Source: the human T2T-CHM13v2.0 reference genome, Homo sapiens
Assembly: GCF_009914755.1 (NCBI RefSeq)
Contig: NC_060925.1
Direction: 5' to 3' (one strand)
DNA: 64,000 nt
Positions 1-13,446 of this stretch are shown here, piece by piece. The stretch's first letter is position 1. The number at the start of each line of letters is the position of its first letter. The notes beneath the pieces were generated by a model. That model saw only the letters and a list, made by a program, of their open reading frames with translations, had not been told where the DNA came from and did no database searches. A program made the translations under genes and the position numbers.

Positions 1-584
1 GGCCTAGAAATCCAAGTTGGTTAGGAGCCTTGGAGGTGGCTGAGTTGAGGGGTGACTCACACTGCAGCCCAAGTGTAAATATCAGAGTGCTGATTCAGTC
101 GCTCACGGTGAGGATCCAGCTACCCAGTGGGCTGTGTTCACCCATCAGCACCTGTTCTCCAGTAGGGAATTCTACCCAGAAGTCCAAACTGTCATCAGAA
201 GGTGCTTGGCCAGCACAGTCCTGGAGCAAGGGAGTTAGGAGAAGCCCGGAGATACCTGCTGCGCACCTGGGAGGCCTGAGCATCTCTCCGGGATACTCTC
301 GAAATGCCTGCCTCCCGGCCTCCTTGGTCCTCACCACCTGTGCTGACCCACCTCTTTGGCTGACCTGTCAAATCTCTTGTTCTGTCCTCATCTATGTCTG
401 CACAGTTGAAGCTTTCTATTTCAAGTTCTGGTGGTGGGCGATGGGGCTGGTTGTGTGCATGGTGGCCTCCCATGGCTGCCCTGCAGGTGAGGTGGGTGGC
501 ACATGTGTTGGGGGAGTAGCAGGAGCTCCCTCTGATTTACCTTCAGGTAGTCCAGAGATGTGTGGCCAGGGTCTACTCATCAGC

Positions 585-790
585 AATAACCATACGCGGC
601 TCTTTATTGAGTGCTTTGTAGAATGCTGGGTACAGTGCTAAGCACTTCACTGGCACTCTCATTTCTTTCCCATAACCATCTGATGAAATAGTACTACTTT
701 CCCTGTTTTGTGCATAAAGAGATAAAGGCTTAGAGAGGTCAAGTGGCTTGGCCGAGGTCACTGAGTAAGCCAGTCGACAGGTGGCCCTAG
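585..790 (-). mobile_element. MIR SINE fragment
   Basis: ttattgagtgct...ctaagcacttcac...aaggcttagagaggtcaagtggcttggccgaggtcac matches the MIR core in antisense orientation. Confidence 0.75.
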
Positions 791-1944
791 AAACTGTCTG
801 TGAATATATATGTGTGCTCTGAAAGGACAGGGACCATGCCTCCCCATAAGCTCTGACTCCCTAAGGGTAGGACTGTTCCCCCCTCAGTAGCTTCCCTCCC
901 CACCTTGCTAGCCTCCCTGAAGTGCCCAGGGCAACATGTGGCACAGCAGGGGTGCTCTGTTGCATGCTTGCTGACAGTCACGGACAGGGGACCAGCCTCT
1001 TGCCAAAGAGAGAAGGCCTGTGGGAGCCTCAGACCACAGAGGAGTGACTGCGTGGATGCACCAGACCATGGCTGGGTGACTCAGCGGCTGGCTGACAGAT
1101 GGATGAATGGACGTCAGTCCTATGGTGTGGCCCTTCCCTTTTCTCCCCGGAACAATAACACATCCTGGCTCCGTGATTTCGTCGCCATAGGAACTGGAAA
1201 ACATTTGATAACATGGAGCCTCTGGGACAGGTGGGCTGAGCAGGTCTGAATAAAAACAACCCTTTCCTGCCCCTTCACCTAGAATCCAGGCATCTGGTCT
1301 ATTTGCAGCAGGTTAGGTAAATAGCCTGGGGGGAACCATGCAGCCACCTGAACTGACCGACCTTGTCCAAACTAGGAAGTCAGGGAAGTCACTGTCTATG
1401 CTGGCAGGACCTGGCACAAATTCCTGGTAGGAGGAAATGGGGCCTCAGGCACCCTGTCTGGACATTCTGAGTATCCTATGGTGTGCCTGTCCCCAGCACA
1501 TGTGGGCTCTGTCCTGGACACTGTGGGGAATTAGAAGAAGGAAAGAAGGGGGACAGGGCTCCAGGCTCAGAAAGCACGTGGTCTGCTAGGGGGCAGGGCA
1601 CATATGGAAACAGTCCTATTAGGTCCCAGTCCTAGCACAGATGGGGAATTACACGGATCAGTAGGGAAGGAGTTGGGAGGTAGGTTCTGGGAGGGGATGG
1701 GGTTTGGTGGAATGGACCAGAATTCTCCATTCCCCAGCAAGCCCTAACCAAGTGTGGCACCGTGCTCACATGCACAATCTGGGTCCTGGGGTGACTGCTG
1801 GGGGCCAGGGCACTGCATTCTCTTACTGGCTTGGCCGTCTCAGCCTTCTCTGCCTGATGCTTTTTGGTTCTACGGTCCTTGCTTTTACTCTTCCAGTGCT
1901 GTTGGGCACTTTCTATGTAGGGCACTTGACTTGGACATCTTTTT

Positions 1945-2210
1945 TTTAAATTTTAATTTAATTTTTAATTGACAAATAATAATTGCATCTATTTATGGAG
2001 TACAATGTGGTTTTTTTTTTTTTTGAGTTGGGGTCTTGCTCTGTCACCCAGGCTGGAGCGCAGTGGTACCTTTGTGGCCCACTACAGCCTGAAACTCCTG
2101 GGCTCAAGTGATCCTCCTGCCTCAGGCTCCCGAGTAGCTAGGACGCCAGGTGCACACCACTGTGCTGGCCAGTGTGATGTTTTGATACACGATACATTGT
2201 GGAATGACCA
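1945..2210 (-). mobile_element. Old L1M (L1MA/MB-type) 3' end fragment interrupted by an Alu monomer
   Basis: ttttaattgacaaataataattgcatctatttatggagtacaatgtg|...|tgtgatgttttgatacacgatacattgtggaatga is a typical L1MA/MB 3' terminus. Confidence 0.7.
2011..2170 (-). mobile_element. Alu right monomer (FRAM/AluJ-like)
   Basis: poly-T followed by a single Alu arm; flanked by caatgtg / cagtgtg, a likely TSD. Confidence 0.85.
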
Positions 2211-2565
2211 ACTGATCATCTAGATGTCAATATGTCCCACCCGCCCCTAAGATTATGCACACTCACCCCCTACACCAAATGTCTCTTCTTCCCTAAAGCA
2301 CTGACAGCATTCCAGGGTTAAGCATTCTCTATATCCAGCCTGTTGCCAATGTCTAAGGAGTCTCAGACAGCAAACCTCTCACAGGGGCCTCCCTTCTTTT
2401 CCCCACAGCCAGTGCCCTTGGCTGAGGTCACATCTTGCACAGGACCCCCTGGGGTCATGCCCTGGGGAAACTGTGTTGCCTCTCTCCTCCTCCTTGCTCC
2501 CAGCCCATGGGCGACAAAGGCCTGTCAACTGTGGCCTAGTAATGTTTTCCATAGGCAGCCTCTAA

Positions 2566-2937
<372 letters not shown>

Positions 2938-4539
2938 TAACACACAGCTCTGGTCCCAGCACTCCTGCTCAGAAACCATCAATGGTCCATCCCAAGTTCA
3001 TGTTCAATGTGTAGGCTGAAGCATAGCATTCCAGAGCCCTACCCAGGGTTAAGTAGTTCATTCTGGATACTTGGGGAAGTTGCCCTGCCAGCCTTTGTCT
3101 CCTCTCCTGTAAGGTCATGGAGGAGGTGGGAGCTCTGCAGAGCACCCCCGTCCTGGCCCTCCACAGGCCTGTGAAATGATTTGCTCATGGACCCAAAGTG
3201 AGTATGTGGGTGCAAGGCTGTGCTTTGATTCCAGGAAAATAAATGGACAGAAGCAGAGGGAAGGAGGGGAATCCAGGGTTTTCCGATACCAGCCAGCCTG
3301 AAGAGAGGAAAGGGGAAAAGAGATACACAAAAGCATATGAGGTAGCAGGACCTGGCCGTGGGCCTTTGTGGCTGATCCAAAGAGGTTCAGAATCTTAAGT
3401 ATGTTCTAGGACTGACACAAGAGGGGCTGGACACCATCATTTCCTCTGCCTCAGGGTGTCAGCCCACAAGAAATGAGATGGCTCCAGGTCCAAGTCCTGC
3501 CAAATTCTCTGTAGAATATGTTTACAATCTGGTTATCTTGGAAACTTCCCCACCCTAGTCCAGGTTTACTATTTACCAAAAACAAACAAATTAAAGAGCC
3601 AAGCATCAGAAATGATGCAAGTTCCGTGTCAGCTCTCAGAGGCCGTGAAACACCTGGGCAATCAGCAAGGGTGTGATGTCATCCGGAGAAATGCTTGGCT
3701 CACAGACATCTCTGGTCACATGGGGGCTTTCCCCACTGAGCTCAGTGTTTCTGATGGACAACCAAGACACAACAGAAACTATGTCACAATAAACTCTGTA
3801 AGTCATGTGATGGAACACAAAGCTGTAGCCACAGAGCAAAGATTGAGAGCAAGCATTACTTAGCAGAATCTGGCTCTGCTGGGATGCTGGCCTGCTTTTT
3901 GCTTTGGCTGGAAAGTCAGCTCCACTGCAATTTCAGCCACTCTCCTTCCAGGAAAGAAGCTCTCTATGAAAGGGTTTTATCAGAGGCACCAGCTCTAGAA
4001 TTTCTTTAGCAAAAATCCTGAACTCAACACCAGTCTTCCCTACTGAGCTGCTGTCTCCTTGTGTGGGCTTGGCCTCCACGTCTGCCCCCAGGGAGAGGCA
4101 GGCAGCCTGAGCCAGCCACTCCTTCATCCCAGACCAGAGTGGCCCACATGGAGGCTTTAATGATTACTGGTTTAAGCCAAGGGAAGGGTATGGATTTTTG
4201 CAGACAAAGCATTCTGCTCAGAAAATGCCTGGTAGCAAGTTGAGAATTTTAGGAAGCAGAAAGGTAAAGAGGCATCGCGATGGGAGCAGGCTGTAGCCTA
4301 CACCATTCTCTTGCCCTCATTCTTCCAGACTCCCACTCTTTGCAAAATAGCTGTTGACCACCCGGAATCCTGGCACTGGGCCCAATGATGTGGGCAGTTC
4401 ATAAGTGGACAACCAGGTCACTGTCCTCAAGGGGCTTTTGTTCTACTCAGGAAAATAAAACTGCCACAGCCCAATGCAATAACAAGCAATAGAGAACAGC
4501 ATGCAATCTACCATAACACCGGAGCAGAAATGCCACACA

Positions 4540-4770
4540 GGGGGAAAAGCACAGATGTTCCCAATGCAACTGAATTCTAGCCCAGCCACTCACTAGCAGC
4601 TGTGCGACTTTGGGCAAGTTGCTCAAACTCTCTGAGCCTCAGTCTACACATCTCTGAAATGGAGATAAAAATGCCTACCTCACAGGGCTGTTGTGAAAAA
4701 TGAAATAATGGCTGCAAAACAGCTGGTCAAATGCCTGGCACATAGCAAGTACTTAGGAAATCATTATAGT
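4540..4770 (+). mobile_element. MIR SINE
   Basis: agctgtgcgactttgggcaagttgctcaaactctctgagcctcagt...aaatggagataaaaatgcctacctcacagggctgttgtg...tgcctggcacatag. Confidence 0.85.
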
Positions 4771-6768
4771 CCCCTTAATTCCTTTTAGGGCCAAGATGTG
4801 CTATCAATAGATGAATCATTTATATCTGATCTCTAACCTCGGAGCAAATTAGAAGCAATAAAGTGAAAGTACTAGAAGGGCAGCTCAAAAGCAGCAAGGA
4901 AAACTCACACATGAAAGCCTAGTGGTGAGGGAATGCCTGGAAACAAGTATAAAAGTAGATGCAAAGACAAAGTAACACCTGGGGACTACCTAGTTGGGCA
5001 GCAAACAGCCACAACCTCCAAGGCCATCATCACATTACAAGACAGCAGAATAGATGATGTTTGTAACAAATATGTTCAATAACCTCTAAGATGCCAGGGA
5101 TGCGTGTAGCATATTTTAAAAGTATTTTCATCCAAAATATGTAACATGTACAAAATTCTCTTAAAAGTGTGTGTGGATACTGTCCAGAAAATTCCTCTGC
5201 CACAATTTCCAAGTGGATGCATTAGCTGGGTTTTTTTTTCTACTTCTCTACTTCTCTTGTATTTGACAGAGAGCTTAGAGTCATGCTGAGCACATCAGGA
5301 GGGCTTAACAAATCCCTGTTTACTAATGAATCCGTACAGCACTGGAATATGGTTTGTTCTGTTTTCCATTTTCAACCATTGTATGCATTAACTGATTGAG
5401 GTCAAGGATGGGCTCCAGCTTCTCTTTGAAATAGCTGATATCTCCAGGCTCCCCTGGCACCCCCACTGACCTGTTCCTCTTTCCATATTCCGGATTTTAG
5501 TTAATGGGGCATCATCTACCAGAGAGCAAAATGTTAACAACAAAGATAATAGCTACATTAGTCAAATTAGTGTGTCACCTGTTCTAAGCACTTGCTAGGA
5601 TTCTGGCTGTCTGTGTATGTCACCTCACAGGGTAGGATTAGTTATTTAGGTTTTTAGATTCAGAAGGTGACAGTCAGAGAGGTTAACTTACTTTGTACAT
5701 CACCCATCTCTTCGCATCTGACCCCAACTCGCTCTGCTTGCAGTCCCAGGGTCCTGTTGTTCATGGGGGTGGTGGTGGGGAGTGCTTGGCCACAGCTACT
5801 GCCCAGGGATCCCCACCCCTCCCGCTGTCCCCCTTACATTCTCTAACCCCCTGAGCTGCCAAGTCTGGGGTGAAACTCAAGGCCCTAGGCTTTGTGACAT
5901 GCCTGTGGGGTTAGGCGATTTTCCACTTGCTGAGGCTGAAGATGACCCCGAGAGCAGGAGTGTGGCACCTCACCCAAGGTGAGGATGTCCCCAGGATTCA
6001 GAAGAGCCTGGCCACACTCCTTACCTGTCTGGCCTCTGCCCGGCTCCTGGCTGGTGTCAGCCACTGCTGGCTGCTGCCCGAGGGCCGAGGGTGCTGGTCC
6101 TGAGCAGAGATGCCCCCTGTTCACCAGTCCTGGCCTCCCAGCCTGGGGTATGCCTCCCACCCCCTGCCTTGCCCTGCTTCCGGGGTCTCCAACAGAAGGC
6201 TCTCAACTCCCCCCGCCCCACGACCAAAATGTCTCCTTCCATTTTCCACTTCATTTTTGACTTTCATTTTTTAAACGTAAAAAAGACTAAATCCTTTTGG
6301 GAATTATCCCATGAGTAAATAAGATCTCTCTGTGTTCACAAATTCCTGCTTTGAGCAATTGGAGACTGCTCTTCCTTTCCCTTCTGAGGCCTAAAGCCCA
6401 TCAGTGGTCCTGGAAATACAAGGTGAGCTTCCCTGTCTTGGAATCCTTATCCTTCCCCTCTACATACACTCATTGGAATGGGGAGGTGAGCCCAGCAGAG
6501 AAAAGGAAGTCTGCTGGGTTTTGGAATTGGAAGCTGGACTCTGCCATTTACTTGCCGTGTGACCCTGAGTGAGTGGAGAGCTCTAGGTTTTGTTTTCCTT
6601 ATATCCGAAATGGGAACTGAAACTGTTCCCTCACATGTGAGTTTAACAGAAGGAGCCTCCCCTCCCCCACCTATCCAGCACGCAATAAAGTTCTTGGTAT
6701 GCGCTAAATTCTTGTCTGAATTCTACTGATGCCCATGTCTTCCACGAAGTCTTCCAGATTATCCCAAC

Positions 6769-7260
6769 TGTGGTAGACAGCTAACTAACTACCCTGTATC
6801 TACTTCCTCCACTTCTTCACTAACAGAATCCCAATGTTGCTTTGGGGAGCAATGTGCCCAGCTAACAAACTTCCCAGGCTTCCTGGCATTCAGGGGCTCA
6901 CGGGTCACAGGTAAGGCCAATGAGATGAAAATGGAAGCATCTGGGGATGACTTCCGAGAAAGCACTTTAAAGGAGGCTGACTCCACAGATGTGTGCTCTG
7001 CTGCCTCTTACCCTCTTTTCTCTTTTATTCTATGGGATGAGAATATGATGTCTGGAGCCACAGTGGCCATGTCACGACCATATGGCAACCTTGAAGATGG
7101 AAGTCACATCACATCCTAAGTATGGCAGAGCAAAAGGGTAGAAGGAGCCTGGGAAACTGAGGTGTGGCGAGGAGCTGCAACGCAAGCTCTGGTCCACCAG
7201 ACTCCAGGGATTATGTGACATGAGGAAAGAAGAAACCAGTCCTGCTGGGCTATTGGCTGG
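6769..7260 (+). mobile_element. MaLR LTR (MLT1H/J-like), degraded
   Basis: starts tgtggtagaca; contains ggccaatgagatg, gatgtctggagccacagtggccatg and atggcagagcaaaag...aggagcctggg, typical of old MLT1. Confidence 0.65.
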
Positions 7261-7559
7261 TGTTCAGCACCTGGCAAGGTGGCTAGAACTTGTGAGGCTC
7301 TCAGTACATTTGATGTTAACTGGCAGGTACCAAGGGAGCAAGATGAGAAAGGAGATGGAGGAGGCTGGAAGGCTGTTCAGATTTGATCAAATGTCCCACA
7401 GTTTATCCTATAGATACATTACCTGCACATAACATTATGTGTGGGTGAGTTTATTCACTGCAGTATTAGATGCAATAGCAAAAAACTAGAACCAGCCTAA
7501 ATGTCCATCAATGGGACATTGTTTAAATACATTATGGTTCATCCATACATTGAAATATT

Positions 7560-8150
7560 ATATTTTTGTACAGTTCTTGAGCTAAGCATGGTTTTTACAT
7601 TTTTAAATGTTTAAGGGAAAATTAAGAATAATATTTATTTATTTATACATATATTTTTGAGACGGAGTGTCACTCCGTCACCCAGACTGGACATTGCAGT
7701 GGCTATCGGCTCCCTGCAACCTCTGCCTCCCGGGTTCAAGGGATTCTCATGTCTCAGTCTCCCCAAGTAGCTGCGAATACAGGTGTGTGCCACCACACCC
7801 AGCTAATTTTTGTATTTTTAGTACAGATGGGGTTTCACCATGTTGGCCAGGCTGGTCTGGAATTCCTGACCTCAGGTGATCCACCTGCCTTGGCCTCCCA
7901 AAGTGCTAGCATTACAGGCGTGAGCCACTGCACCTGGCCAAGAATAATATTTTGTGATATATGAAAATTACATGAAATTCAAATTTCAGTGTCCATAAAA
8001 AAATTTCACAGGAACACAGCCACATTCATTAGTTTAGGTATCATCTGTGGCTGCTTTTGTACTACCATGCAGTATTGAAAAGTTGTGAGAGGAGGCCTAT
8101 GGCTCTCAAAGCTGAACGTATTTTCTACCTGGCTCTTTACAGAAACCATT
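7560..8150. mobile_element. MER58-type hAT-Charlie MITE, interrupted by an Alu
   Basis: gagctaagcatggtttttacatttttaaatg ... atgaaattcaaatttcagtgtccataaa...ggaacacagccac...tttacagaaa. Confidence 0.75.
7637..7939 (-). mobile_element. AluS
   Basis: dimeric Alu; TSD aagaataatattt at 7624-7636 and 7940-7952. Confidence 0.95.
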
Positions 8151-8322
8151 TGTAAGGCCTTATGCAGACATCTCTGGAAAGCTGCAGGAGAAACTAACCA
8201 CAGCTGGAAAGTGAGTGTCCACAGGATAGGGTCAAAAAGGAGACTTCTTACAGCATAACTTTTGTATGTTTTGAATTTTGAATCGTGAATGTTTAACCTA
8301 CTGTAAGCTTACTTTGAAATCT

Positions 8323-8474
8323 ATTTATTTATTTTTAATTTTTTTAATTAAAAAAATAGAGATGGGTTCTTGCTATGTTGCCCAGGCTGCTCTCAAACTC
8401 CTGGCCTCAAGCGATCCTTCTGCCTCAGTCTCCCAAATTCCTGGGATTATAGCTGTGAGCCACAGCATCCAGCC
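8323..8474 (-). mobile_element. Alu left monomer (FLAM-like)
   Basis: single left-arm Alu sequence with an A/T-rich tail. Confidence 0.85.
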
Positions 8475-9679
8475 CTTAATTTGAAATTTAAAAAGAAAAA
8501 AAGAAAAAGGGCCCCATTTCCCCTCTGGGACTGAAGGAAGAGGAAGAAGAGATGGAAGAAGGGGTGGCTAACTTAGTGCTGGTCTGGGTGAGGTCATGGG
8601 CCTACAGTGGAGAGGCTGCAAGGTGATCCCAGACTTGCCCTCAGCCTTGTGCTTGCTACGTGACCCAGGACATTCCCCTTCCCTGTGGGCAAGTGGTCAG
8701 TGCTGCCCATGTGCCTAGAGGCCCTGGCCCAGAAAGGGGCCAGAAGATTGGCCTCCATCTCTCTGCCTGCAGGGGAAACAAGAGAAATGGACACGTACAC
8801 CCGGACTGTGGCCTCATCAGTAGCTGATAAACAAGAAGCAGAGTGGATTGGGAATGTGGAATGGTGAGAAGGACATGGACACTGGATTTTAGTTCTGCTT
8901 AGCCACCAACTGTCCCTGTGACCTTAGATTGGCCATTTTCCCTTCAGGGCCCAGCTCTATCCCTGCCAACTGGGGCCTTGACCAGAATGATGGTCCTGCA
9001 ACTGCCATTCCTCTACCCCCTCCACCCACTCCCTTCTGTTTAGCCTATTGGGCATCCACTCAAGACTTCACAGAGGCCCTGGATTGAGAAAATGACAACA
9101 TACAAGTCAAAACAATAGCCGGTGTGCTAAATAATCTGTAGGACACATGGTTCTGCCACTCCATAGCTCTGAGAGCCTCCCCTGGTACAAGTTCTTCAGG
9201 CAGAGAAGTCCAGGAAACACCCTTCAGACACAGGCAGAGCAGTGGGGACACCACAGCCCTGGATGATATCCAGTCTGGCAAAGCAATGGCAGGCAGGAGG
9301 TGGCGGGAGGGGTTCATGGACATGGTGGAGGGCTTCTCATGAGCAAACCCAGGTGGATGCACTAACACCCTGAGTGCTGGGAATTCATGGCTGCAGCTCC
9401 AGAAGATCCTTGAGGAAGTCCTGCTGGCGGCGAAGCCCACACGGACATGGCGTTCTGTGGAGGTCTGTCCATCTGAGCAAGGTGTGTGGCTGCATCCTCC
9501 TGGCCCTCATAGTGAGGACCAGCCAGCTCAGAGGACAGCCAACATCCTCAGAGGGTGCTAGCTATGTCCTCAAGGCTCCCTCAGGCCTGGAAGCCTTTCC
9601 TCTCCCTCTTCTCTATCAAGCCCCCATGCCTTGTTCATGACCCTGCTCAAAACTTTCCTCTTGAACCCACGAGCTAACT

Positions 9680-10920
9680 TGAAGGGGCTGCTGATGGCCG
9701 AAAATGAGATAGTTGGAGCCACAAAATAAATAATGATCACAATAGATTATAACTTACAGCATTTAAGGATAAAACAAGAAGTAATGAGTCTATACCAATA
9801 GAGGTAAATATTCGAATAAGCAAATAAACAGGCAAGAAGGGAGAGTTCTTCCTTAAAGCAGCATTATAATTAGTAGGAATTAGAAGGCATGATGGAAATA
9901 GAAAACACTTGGCAAACACTTACCATTATAGTTGTGTTAAGCAAGAATCATCAATGGAAACAAACACTCATGAGCGAAAATGTAGAGAAACAAGATGCTT
10001 ACATTATCTCAAAGCGCCTTCCCATAAGATGGTTAGTAATTGCAAAGAGAAAAGTAGTCACTTTATAGTAGGAAAAATGTGGCAGACTCCACCTTAACCA
10101 GGTGATCAGAGTTAACATAATAAATAATAGAACATATCAACCTCATGTACCATCTGATATAATGTACCAAGAAAGGCATAACATAAACTTATGTGGTGCT
10201 CTTAAAAAATTTGGCTGAGCGTGGTGGCTCATGCCTGTAATATCAGCACTTTGGGAGGCTGAGGCAGGAGGATCGTTTGAGTCCAGAAGTTTGAGATCAG
10301 CCTGGGCAACATAGGGAGACCTTGTCTCTATAAATAATTTAAAAATTAGCCGTAGCGTGCTGTGGAGTGTGCCTGTAGTCCCAGCTGCTCAGGAGGCTGA
10401 AGTGGGAGGATCACCTGAACCTGGGAGGCGGACGTTGCAGTGAGCCAAGATCGTGCCATTGCACTGCAGCCGGGGTGACAGAGTGAGACCCTGTCTCAAA
10501 ATAAATAAGTAAATAAATAAGTAAAGAAAAACATAAATAATAAATAAATAATTCACAACCTGAGGAAATACCAGCTAAACCCAAATTGAAGGACATCCTA
10601 CAAAATAAGTGTCTAGTATTCTTCAAATGTTTGAAGGTCATGAAAGTGTAAGTGTAAGCTGAGGAACTATCCCAGACTAGAGGAAACAAGGAAGCTTGGC
10701 AACAAATGCTCTATGTGATCCTGGATCGGCTCCTGGTCAGATAAGGACATTTGTGGGGCAATTGACAAAATTTGAATCAGGTTTGTAGTTATGTCAATTT
10801 CCTGGTTTTGATGATGCACTGTAAACATGTAAGATGTTAACATTTGGGGAAAGTGGGTGAAGGGTATCGGGAATTTTTTGTACTATTTTTGCAGCACTTA
10901 TGTAACTTAGAAATGGTTTT
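9680..10920 (+). mobile_element. Old L1M (L1MC/MD/ME-type) 3' UTR, interrupted by AluJ
   Basis: ggcagactccaccttaaccaggtgatcagagttaacat; aaacccaaattgaaggacatcctacaaaataa; gatgttaacatttggggaaagtgggtgaagggtat. Confidence 0.75.
10213..10550 (+). mobile_element. AluJ with (TAAA)n tail
   Basis: AluJ-type motifs (ggaggatcgtttgagtccag, aacatagggagaccttgtctct). Confidence 0.92.
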
Positions 10921-11789
10921 TGACAAAACAAAACAAAAACCTCTTCTGTCCAACTTCCCCAGAATCACTCCCACAGCTGTGTCACCAGCTACTTCACACG
11001 TTGCATTGCTATTGTTTACACATCTGTGTCCCTCAGGCTTTGAGTTCCAGGACAGGGACTCTGTTTCTTCAATCTTCAGTTTGGCCTCATTTTAGAAGTC
11101 ACGTTTGGATGGAGGCCGGCTGTCCCTCTTCAGAACAACTCTCCACTCTACCCCTTCATTATCCCACAGTAAAAAGCAGCGCTGTCCACTCTGTTGCTCA
11201 GACCAAAATCGTAAGGGTCACAGTTGACTCTCTTTTTGTCTCATCCCACGGTGGGTCCACCAGCAAGTCCTGTTGGAGTTCTGCCTCCAGAGTTTATCAC
11301 CAACCAGATCACTTCCCTGCTCCTCCGCCAGACCCCTCATCTGAGCCTCCATCACTTTGCAGCTGAACCTGAGCCTCACCTTCCTAGCCGACTTTCCCCT
11401 GCCTCACCTTCAAGTCCACTTGGGGCAGCCAGAGGGATCTTTTCAAGGGGAAAGTAGGGTCTCACATCACTCTTTGCCTAAAACCATTCCCCGCATTGGT
11501 TTCCCAGCATGTACTATGAAAGTCCCTACCTGCTCTGGGGCCCTGCCTTCCTTCTGCCCTCAGCTTGAACCCGTCCACCCTCCCTCACCTGGCTCCAGAC
11601 ACACACCTTTCAGCTTTGCTGCAGATATGGCAGGTTTGTTTCCATCTCTAGGATGTGGATTTTCCCCGGCTTTTCCCACAACCATCTCCTTCCCAATATT
11701 CAGGTCTCAGCCCCAGTGTCACCTCCTCAGATAGACCTTACCCGATCTGGTAGCCAAAATCCTGCTCTTCCCCTAACACTCTTTGTCCC

Positions 11790-12310
11790 TATATTAGTTT
11801 GCAGTGGCTGCTGTAACAAAGTGCCACTAACTGAGTTACTTAAAAGCAACAGAACTGAACTGTGTCACAATTCTGGAGACTACAAGTCCAAGGTCAGGGT
11901 TGGTTCCCTCTGGGAGCTGTGGGGGAGAATCTGCCCCAGCCCTCTCTCCTGGCTCCTGATGGTTTGCTGGCGATCTCTGGTGTTCCTTGGCTTGTAGAAA
12001 CATCGCTTCAGTCTCCACCTTTATCTTCACATGCATTCTTCTTGTGTACATGTCTGTCTCCAAATTTCTGTTTTATAAGGACACCAGTCATATTGGATTA
12101 GGGCCCACCCTACTGACTTCATTTTAATTAGATTACCTCTGTAAAAACCCTATCTTTTCATGCCACTGCACTCCAGCCTGGGCGACAGAGCGAGACTTTG
12201 TCTCAACAACAACAACAACAACAACAACAAAACCTATCTCCAAATAAGTGTACTAGGGATTCATGCAGAACCCCTAGTTTTTTTGTGGAAACATAGTTCA
12301 ACCCATAACA
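11790..12310 (-). mobile_element. MLT1 (MLT1A-C type) MaLR solo LTR
   Basis: tattagttt...ggctgctgtaacaaa...cacaattctggagactacaagtccaaggtcagg...ttataaggacaccagtcatattggattagggcccaccct...ttcaacccataaca. Confidence 0.9.
12159..12231 (+). mobile_element. Severely 5'-truncated Alu with (AAC)n tail inside the MLT1
   Basis: catgccactgcactccagcctgggcgacagagcgagactttgtctc + (AAC)8; near-TSD aaaaccctatct / aaaacctatct. Confidence 0.9.
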
Positions 12311-13446
12311 GTCTCATTTCCATGTTACATTTAATTTACAGCCTTTATAACCATTTTGAAGTATATTGTTTACTTGTTTGTGTTCATTTCCTGTGTCCCC
12401 ACACTATATCCAACATAAGCTACATGAGGACAGAAGTCTCCTCCAACCTCAGTGCTTGGTGCTTTTGCTCTGCACAGGGGGATCTAACCTCTATTTCTAC
12501 TGCATGGGTCAGGATACCTCTCTCAGGCTGCCCCAAATGAGAGGAACTAGCCCTGCCCTCACTCAGTTTCCACAAGCAGCCAATGGGATTGTTCCACATG
12601 CATTACTTAGCTCAGTGTCCAGCCAAAGGTTTGCAGCATCCAACCCTGGATCCAGCCATGAACTTCAGAGCTTCAGAAATGCCCTACATATAGTAAATGC
12701 TCAGTAAATACTTGCTGAAGGAATGAAGGCTGCATATAGTTTGGACTTTGACTCAGGTTGCGTGCCCTGCAGTCAGGGGGAACTATTAGCGTAAGCTGAT
12801 AGTTCCAGGCAGCCGCTGTGGAGCTAGACTGCTTGGGTCTGCGCTTGTGCTGTGAGATGTGGGCATGTTACTTATCTACTCCTTGCTTTGCTTTCTCCAA
12901 CTGTAAAATGGGGACAATAATAAAAGTAATAAAAGTATCTCCGTAGTCGAGTTGTACAAAACGAGTTTACATATGCGGACAGAGTGCCTGGCTGAAGGTA
13001 GTGCTCCATGCTCACCCAGGCTTGGTCTGAAATCTGAGAAATGTCCTGGTAGCCAAAAGAACCAAAGCCCAGAGAGGCTTGTCGGGTCCATCAGGGATGC
13101 AGAAGCTCCAGGTTTCTGCTCAGGCCCCCGCTTCAGAATCCCCATCTGCCCCCAAGGAGAGAACAATTGAGCACTAGGGAGATTTTGACCATAAAAGCTT
13201 TTTTCAGTTACTAGCTGGGTGGACCTTGGGGTTTCATTGGTGCTTCTGGCTGATTGAGAAGGAAAAAGAGGATCTAACTCCTCCCACTCTTTCTGAACTC
13301 CTGAAGCGAGGTGTGGAGCTTCCAGATGACTCAAGCAGCGCCAGTTCCTTGGAATTAGCCACTCTGGCTCAAAACCATCTGTGTTGCAACAGGCTCACTC
13401 AGCCACCCCCAGAAAAGCTGACCCACCACTCACTCAACTGGCTTTC

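Larger units (their letters stand above)
11100..12726 (+). mobile_element. L2 fragments, interrupted by an MLT1 LTR
   Basis: ctctgttgctcagaccaaaa...ttgactctct; tctcagccccagtgtcacctcctcag; 3' end gtaaatgctcagtaaatacttgctgaaggaatgaa. Confidence 0.7.

Noticed and set aside
30-641. 203-aa + strand ORF and overlapping minus-strand ORFs
   Set aside because: Non-ATG start, no recognisable domain, and it runs into a MIR. Only the internal 81-nt exon-like segment was kept, as a weak candidate.
3672-3754. Possible C/D-box snoRNA (GTGATG...CTGA)
   Set aside because: Box C is imperfect, there is no terminal stem and no rRNA-complementary guide was recognised.
9061-9481. Interrupted + strand frame with protein-like stretches (DFTEALD, QKILEEVLLAAKPTRTW)
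   Set aside because: Three stops and no convincing family match; a faint resemblance to CR1/L3 RT is too weak without TBLASTX or Dfam.
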